Part shown: positions 58,775-64,000 of the stretch, one piece after another | Layout of the letters: every line of letters begins with the position of its first letter | How positions within the stretch are numbered: position 1 is the stretch's first letter | Assembly: GCA_964654795.1 (NCBI GenBank) | Contig: CAZZKC010000001.1 | Coordinates: 10,028 to 74,027 of the forward strand | Reading direction: 5' to 3' | Source: an uncultured Puniceicoccaceae bacterium | GTDB lineage: Bacteria; Verrucomicrobiota; Verrucomicrobiia; Opitutales; Coraliomargaritaceae | Length of the DNA: 64,000 nucleotides | Program-made: the position numbers and the translations under genes | Notes under the pieces: model-generated | What the model was told of the DNA's origin: nothing | The model's input: the letters and a program-made list of their open reading frames with translations, nothing else | Databases searched by the model: none

Positions 58775-60604
58775 AAATGCCCTCATGTTATGCTCGGATG
58801 AAACCGCAAGCATGGCTCAAAGCACTCCCAGATGAAGCCCTTCGGAGCCTAGAGCTTCGTGAATGGCATGAAGATGAAACAGAAGCGTATGTCGCTCTGC
58901 TCGACGAGCACCACTACTTGGGCAGTCCGCATGCTCGCAAGCGCCACCTGAGCCAAGTGGTCACCTACGAGGGGCAAGCGGTAGCGTTGTTAATTTGGAC
59001 GACCAGCAGTCGCCAGTTAATCCACCGCGATAAGCACATCGGCTGGGATAATCGCACACGGCAGAAGCGCTTAGGCTGGATTGTGCAAAATAGCCGCTTT
59101 CTTCTTTTGCCGCCGACGCGTCCGGCTAATCTAGCTAGTCGGATTCTGGGTATAGCCATCAAGTCGTTGCCGCAGGCATGGGAAGCGCGTTACAACAAAC
59201 GGCCCTTGTTAGTCGAGACCTTCGTCGATCCCGAAGGTTACAAAGGCACCTGCTATCATGCTGCGGGATGGACTCGTTTAGGAGAAACAAAAGGCTATAC
59301 CCGCGTATCGGCTCCACAGTATTATCAAGACAACAAGCACCCTAAGGACCTTTGGGTCAAACCATTAGCCAAAGATGCACTGGAGCGCCTACGCGATCCC
59401 AGTCGGCTTCTAGAGGATGAGGATCCGAAGGAACGCGCCCCTGGCTCTATGCCAGTTAAAAGCAAAACCGCCGAAAGCCTCTACAAAGCTCTACGCACAG
59501 TCAAAGACCCACGCAGTCGGCGCGGCCGTCAGTTCCCCTTAGCTGCCATGCTCGCCACTACAGTATTAGCGCTTTGTTGTGGCGAGTCGACCGTCACAGG
59601 AATCTTCCGCTTTTGCCAAGACTTGAGTTCGCGCCAACGAGCCAACCTCGGCTTCCGCAGTAACCCCAAAGCTCGCAAGGTCGTGCCACCTCCCGGTGAA
59701 GGTTGTTGGCGCAAAGCGCTTGGAGACGTCGATCCCGAGGAACTGGCAAAGGCTTTAAACGCATGGATGCAGAGCCAGTCTAAAAATGGCGAGCTGCCCG
59801 AACTCCTATCCATCGACGGCAAAGTAATCGCAGGCAATCTCGCGACCATCGTCTCTTTGGTCGATGCCGCCGACGGTAGCCCCGTTTGCCCAGGCCGCCG
59901 CCAGCGGCAATGGGCAAGAACATAAACTCACAGCACAACTCATCGACGCGCTTCCTGAGGCCGCGCTCGAAGGCAAAACGCTCAGTGGCGATGCGCTTTA
60001 CTCAAACAAGAACCTCGTGCGCGAGATCGTTCAAGAACGCGGCGGCGAGGTGCTCGTCCAGCTCAATGCCAATCAGAAAACCACCCTCGAAGAAGCCACA
60101 CGCAGATTAAACCAATCAGCTCCCTCTTTTTGTACACAAACCCAGAACTCAGCCACGGACGCATAGATATCAGAGGTGTGCGTTACATCCGCGTCACTGC
60201 AATGCAGGTAAACTTCCCCTATATCCGATCGGTCGCACAAATCGACCGACAGTCCACCGAGAAGAAATCTGGCAAGCAAACTCACGGACAACGCATCTAC
60301 CTGAGCAGTCGCCAGTGCGAGCAGCCAGAGAGAATACTCCAAAGAGTTCGCGATCGATGGAGCGTAGAAAATAAAAACCACCACCCTCGTGACAGCACTC
60401 TGTTGGAGGACAAGTGCCGATGCCGAACAAGAAACACTGCCGCGAACCTCGCATTGTTACGCGGAGCCACTCTGATGATCTGGAAAAAGACTCAGACAAA
60501 TCGTAACGCCCCAGACTTTATTCGATCTAATCAAAGAAATATTGACGCAAAAATAGCTCTCATAAACAGAAATCAACGACTTACAGACATGCAGTGAGGA
60601 GCCC
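58775..60604 (+). mobile_element. ISAs1-family-like insertion sequence carrying a DUF4338-transposase fusion (boundaries approximate)
   Basis: GC jumps (hand count about 57% in line 59521 against about 40% in the neighbouring CDS). Flanked by the 10-bp direct repeat. The right end reads ...gagccctg, whose reverse complement starts CAGGG (the ISAs1-type terminus as I recall it). Terminal inverted repeats are only weak. Confidence 0.65.
58777..60597 (+). pseudogene. DUF4338 (DruA-like) domain fused to an ISAs1-family DDE transposase, broken by two frameshifts
   Basis: Three consecutive ORFs in frames 1/2/1 (58777-59925, 59864-60166, 60130-60597) read through colinearly: HHYLGS...IGWDNRTRQKRLGWIVQNSRFLLLP...VETFVDPEGYKGTCYHAAGW (DUF4338-like), then DPRSRRGRQFPLAAML...LSIDGK / GDALYSNKNLVREIV...GGEVLVQLNANQ / RWSVENKNHHPRDSTLLED (ISAs1/H-repeat-type transposase). 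Confidence 0.8.
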
Positions 60605-60614
60605 TGATTTTCAA
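60605..60614. repeat. right copy of 10-bp direct repeat tgattttcaa
   Basis: Exact match with 58765-58774. Confidence 0.55.
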
Positions 60615-60622
60615 GTATGAAT

Positions 60623-60797
60623 TTTGAACCTAGATTATGCATTAGAAAATCTATCTTGATGGTTCAGTTAGTATTTACACGGGATCGTATGAGGTTACCG
60701 TTTCACCCTAATGGTGAAACATGAATATTTGTCTACTCTTTGCAAACCCTCGCTTTAATAGATGACCGAGAGTTCTAATGCATAATCTCGGTTCAAA
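60623..60797. repeat. 175-bp MITE-like element bounded by 25-bp terminal inverted repeats (24/25 match)
   Basis: 60623-60647 tttgaacctagattatgcattagaa against the reverse complement of 60773-60797 (tttgaaccgagattatgcattagaa). The core contains an 8-bp hairpin gtttcacc-ctaat-ggtgaaac (60700-60720). No long ORF. Confidence 0.7.
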
Positions 60798-61172
60798 TCA
60801 TATTGTAATCCAGCAATATCTCCTTATTGTCTACCTTATTGCTTGTCTTTACAAAGCAACTTTTTGAAGGTTCTGATTGCCAAGATTAAGAGTATCCATT
60901 ACTTGCACTGACATTGCATCTATCAAAAAAATTAAGAAAGATACGTCATTCATACGGAACTCCTCCTCATTGGGAAGAGTTCAAAATTCACAACATACCG
61001 GCCCTTCTGAGCACTTGTAACACGCTTTGTATTACAGATTGAAAACAATGTCATTGCACCCTGCACGAACCTACGCATACATTGCATCTTAAATTCTTCG
61101 TAAATGCCCAACAGCACACGCGAAAAATCCCTCTAAATCACCATTTAAAAACGTCTTAAGAAAGGTAACACA

Positions 61173-61634
61173 TTGGACTTAAAAGTAATCAAACAGGTCG
61201 TCGATTTGATGAAACGCTCCGAAATCTCCGAATTTGAATTCGAAGAAGAAGGCTTTAAACTACGCCTGAGCCGTCAAAACGGTGAAATCATTCAACCACA
61301 GTACGTCCAAGCCGCGCCAGCGCCACAAGCTGTGATTCCACCAGCTGCAACGCAGGAAGCAGCTACACCGGCTGCTCCAGCCGAAGAAAAAGGAATCGTC
61401 ATGATCAAATCACCGATGGTCGGCACTTTTTACCGCGCTAGCTCGCCAGAAAGTGCACCTTTCACAGATATTGGCGCTAAAGTCAGGCCTGACACTCAAG
61501 TTTGCATCATCGAAGCAATGAAAGTGATGAACGAAATCCAATCAGAAGTCAGCGGCACGATCACAGAGGTCTTGATCGAGGACGGGGAAGCAGTCGAATA
61601 TGGCCAACCGCTCTTCAAAGTTAAAACGGCATAG
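61173..61634 (+). CDS. accB: acetyl-CoA carboxylase biotin carboxyl carrier protein
   Basis: [25 protein letters not shown]..., Pro/Ala linker, biotinyl-lysine motif [12 protein letters not shown] start with aagaaagg upstream. Confidence 0.9.
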   Translation: MDLKVIKQVVDLMKRSEISEFEFEEEGFKLRLSRQNGEIIQPQYVQAAPAPQAVIPPAATQEAATPAAPAEEKGIVMIKSPMVGTFYRASSPESAPFTDIGAKVRPDTQVCIIEAMKVMNEIQSEVSGTITEVLIEDGEAVEYGQPLFKVKTA

Positions 61635-61641
61635 CTCTCAG

Positions 61642-63009
61642 ATGATAAAAAAGGTCCTAATTGCCAATCGAGGCGAAATCGCCCTACGAATTGTCCGCGC
61701 CTGTAACGAGCTCGGGATCAAAACGCTCGCAGTGTACTCCGAAGCAGACGAACAGTCTCTTCATGTTCAACTCGCCGACGAAGCGATCTGCATTGGGCCT
61801 CCTCCGGGTAACCAAAGCTACCTGAAGGCTGATCGAATTATCGCAGCAGCAGAAATTGCTGATGTCGACGCAATCCATCCCGGATATGGCTTCTTGGCAG
61901 AAAACGCAGACTTTGCCGAACAATGCGAACGCTGTAATATCAAATTTATCGGACCGAGCTCAGCTGCGATCGTCGACTTTGGAGATAAAGCACGGGCTCG
62001 CGAGATGGCTAAAAAAGCCAATGTCCCAATTATTCCTGGAAGTGAAGGTACTATAGATACAGAGAAGGAAGCCGTTGCGCTTGCTCAGAAGATTGGATTT
62101 CCGGTAATTATCAAAGCCGTCGCAGGCGGCGGCGGTAAAGGAATGAGAACGGCACATAACGCCGTTGCCTTCGGAAAAGAGTATAACAATGCACGCAACG
62201 AAGCCGAAAAAGCATTTGGTAACGGCGAAGTCTATATTGAAAAATACCTTGAAGCTCCACGTCACATCGAAATTCAGCTACTCGGTGATCAATTCGGTAA
62301 CGTAGTGCACTTGGGAGAACGCGATTGCTCCGTACAGCGGCGCCACCAGAAACTGATTGAAGAAGCTCCATCCCCGTTTATATCTGATGATATACGCAAA
62401 AAGATGGGTCGCGATGCCGTCAAATTAGCTAAATCCATAAATTACGAAGGCGCTGGAACGGTCGAATTCCTTGTAGATGAAAAAGGTAAGTACTATTTCA
62501 TCGAAATGAATACTAGAATCCAAGTGGAACACGGTGTCACTGAGGAAGTTACCGGCATCGATCTGGTCAAAGAACAAATCTTAATCGCAAGTGCGCAAAA
62601 ACTAAGCTACGAGCAAAAAGAAATTAAGATTCTTAGGCATGCGATCGAATGCCGAGTCTGTGCCGAAGATCCTAGTCGAAATTTTGCACCCTGCCCTGGC
62701 GACATAACGCTCTACTACTCGCCAGGTGGACATGGTGTGCGTATCGATTCTCATGTCTATAGCGGTTACACGATACCGCCGCACTACGACAGCATGATCA
62801 GTAAAGTCATCACATTTGGAAAAACACGTGAGCTTGCGCTAGATCGAATGGATCGTGCTCTCGGGGAATACTTGATTCGTGGGATAAAAACTAATATTCC
62901 ATTTTCTCGGGCAATTATCAGAGACCCAAGCTTCAGAGAAGGTAAAGCGACTACCAAATACATAGAAGAATTTCTCGAACGCGTACCCAAAGACCTTTAT
63001 ACCCAATAA
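61642..63009 (+). CDS. accC: acetyl-CoA carboxylase biotin carboxylase subunit
   Basis: [24 protein letters not shown]-grasp core and [10 protein letters not shown]. Start at the ATG at 61642. Confidence 0.95.
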   Translation: MIKKVLIANRGEIALRIVRACNELGIKTLAVYSEADEQSLHVQLADEAICIGPPPGNQSYLKADRIIAAAEIADVDAIHPGYGFLAENADFAEQCERCNIKFIGPSSAAIVDFGDKARAREMAKKANVPIIPGSEGTIDTEKEAVALAQKIGFPVIIKAVAGGGGKGMRTAHNAVAFGKEYNNARNEAEKAFGNGEVYIEKYLEAPRHIEIQLLGDQFGNVVHLGERDCSVQRRHQKLIEEAPSPFISDDIRKKMGRDAVKLAKSINYEGAGTVEFLVDEKGKYYFIEMNTRIQVEHGVTEEVTGIDLVKEQILIASAQKLSYEQKEIKILRHAIECRVCAEDPSRNFAPCPGDITLYYSPGGHGVRIDSHVYSGYTIPPHYDSMISKVITFGKTRELALDRMDRALGEYLIRGIKTNIPFSRAIIRDPSFREGKATTKYIEEFLERVPKDLYTQ

Positions 63010-63031
63010 ACTGTAAATATCACCTATTATC

Positions 63032-63481
63032 ATGAGCAAAGAAACTGAAAAGGATAACGATAACGAAGCCGAAATCCCAACTGTGTCTGAAGAATCGAAC
63101 ACGCTCGGCGAGATTCGCATCAATCATAGTGTCGTCGCTAGCATCGTTCGTCTAGCAGCACTTGAGGTATCAGGAGTCGTCGCTGTAGGCGGAGGCTTCG
63201 TAGATGGTATTGCAGAGATTTTTAAATCAAAAGGTGATGAACGGGGAGTTCGTGTCGATGAAGATGAAGTAGGCGACTACCGAATCGAGATTCGCGTCAT
63301 TCTACGTTTCGGCGTCGAATTGGCGGCTGTTGCATCTCAAATTCAACAACGTGTCGCAGAGCAAATCGAAAAAATGACTAGCAAAAGCGTAGCAAGAGTG
63401 AACGTAGTTATTGACGGCGTGCGAACTCACGAAGAAGAAAATAAAACTGAAAAGTGGGAAGACGATGTCCACACGGACTAA
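63032..63481 (+). CDS. Asp23/Gls24 family envelope stress protein
   Basis: [25 protein letters not shown]... is typical of the Asp23 family; 149 aa. Confidence 0.85.
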   Translation: MSKETEKDNDNEAEIPTVSEESNTLGEIRINHSVVASIVRLAALEVSGVVAVGGGFVDGIAEIFKSKGDERGVRVDEDEVGDYRIEIRVILRFGVELAAVASQIQQRVAEQIEKMTSKSVARVNVVIDGVRTHEEENKTEKWEDDVHTD

Positions 63482-63518
63482 ACTGTTTCAACACAAGTAA
63501 AACCTAACTTAAACGACT

Positions 63519-64000
63519 ATGGAAATAAATGAACTGCTTAAGATCTTCGAGAAATTTAACCAACCCTTTTATTGGTATACACTCGGAACACTCTTCGTCC
63601 TTATCTTTATTTTTGTCCTCCTCCGGAAGCGACAGCCGAGAAATATCGTAGCATACACGACAAAAAGTGGTCAAGTAATGGTGGCTCGCTCGGCTATAGC
63701 TGAATTAGTTCAAACGTCTTGTAAACAAATCCCGGAGATCTCTAAACCCACCGTTAAGATCAAGGTTAAAGGCAAAAAGAAGCATTTTCAAGTTCACGTA
63801 AAATTACTTGATGGCGGCAAACTTCGAGCAGTCGAAGAAATGTTGCAAAATCATCTACGTGATGCACTTACAAACGACTTAGGTATCGAAAAATTAGGTA
63901 GAATTGACATAATTGCTACTGGTTTCAAAAGTAAGCAGATTGATTCCAAGGTAGTCGCTGAACCCGAAGAAATCGCCGAGACCCAGCCAGACGAAATCGT
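63519..64000 (+). CDS. membrane-anchored Asp23-associated protein (AmaP-like), 3' end cut by window
   Basis: Own translation gives MEINELLKIFEKFNQPFYWYTLGTLFVLIFIFVLLRKRQ...VMVARSAIAELV, with one N-terminal transmembrane helix. It is adjacent to asp23. Family call is tentative. Confidence 0.5.
   Translation, partial: MEINELLKIFEKFNQPFYWYTLGTLFVLIFIFVLLRKRQPRNIVAYTTKSGQVMVARSAIAELVQTSCKQIPEISKPTVKIKVKGKKKHFQVHVKLLDGGKLRAVEEMLQNHLRDALTNDLGIEKLGRIDIIATGFKSKQIDSKVVAEPEEIAETQPDEI

Noticed and set aside
59529-59849. 106-aa minus-strand ORF and 74-aa plus-strand ORF (59886-60110) inside the IS
   Set aside because: The high GC content of the element suppresses stop codons in off-frames. The transposase frame explains this region.

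Overview
This is a 64-kb window of a moderately AT-rich bacterial chromosome. Hand-counted 60-nt lines give roughly 45-55% GC in core genes and 25-40% in part of the glycan locus. No rRNA genes or CRISPR arrays were seen. The gene content fits a PVC-group (Verrucomicrobiota-like) organism, but that is inference only: many GT-C/GT2 glycan genes, a prepilin-type methylation-domain protein, a PEP-CTERM-like protein and a CHASE2 cyclase.

Layout:
- 1-8.0 kb, housekeeping: pth, rplY/ctc, nspC, a cNMP-sensing histidine kinase, a CorC-like protein, hisC, an RmlD-like SDR and an LplA-like ligase.
- 8.4-36.6 kb, a large glycan-biosynthesis region. It contains a Gtr-like module on the minus strand (methyltransferase, GtrB-like GT2, GtrA, 783-aa GT-C). 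It contains a 17-gene co-directional operon on the plus strand (WbpA/E/B/D/I-type UDP-2,3-diacetamido-uronic acid pathway, Wzx, two AsnB-like amidotransferases, three tandem SDR epimerases, glycosyltransferases). It ends with a minus-strand block of a prepilin-like gene, an intrinsic terminator, two GT-C membrane proteins and a DUF354 protein.
- 36.7-49.3 kb, housekeeping: PIN/TRAM protein, trkAH, ferredoxin, rhomboid, S41 protease, vWA protein, tRNA-Asp, mqo and rhodanese.
- 49.4-58.6 kb, a second envelope/signalling block: an O-antigen-ligase-like/TPR protein translationally coupled to a FecR-like protein and followed by a CHASE2 adenylate cyclase; a KASIII-ACP-SDR-NeuD/PglD-type acyltransferase cassette; and a PEP-CTERM-like protein.
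- 58.8-60.8 kb: a GC-rich, frameshifted ISAs1-type transposase fused to a DUF4338 (DruA-like) domain, then a 175-bp MITE-like inverted-repeat element.
- 61.2-64 kb: accBC, asp23 and a partial AmaP-like gene.

I see no canonical defence system. The best candidates for under-described biology are the pilin/GT-C block, the Wzy_C-TPR/FecR/CHASE2 cyclase operon, the dedicated acyl-ACP cassette and the DUF4338-transposase fusion. All functional calls rest on motif recognition by eye, with no database search.
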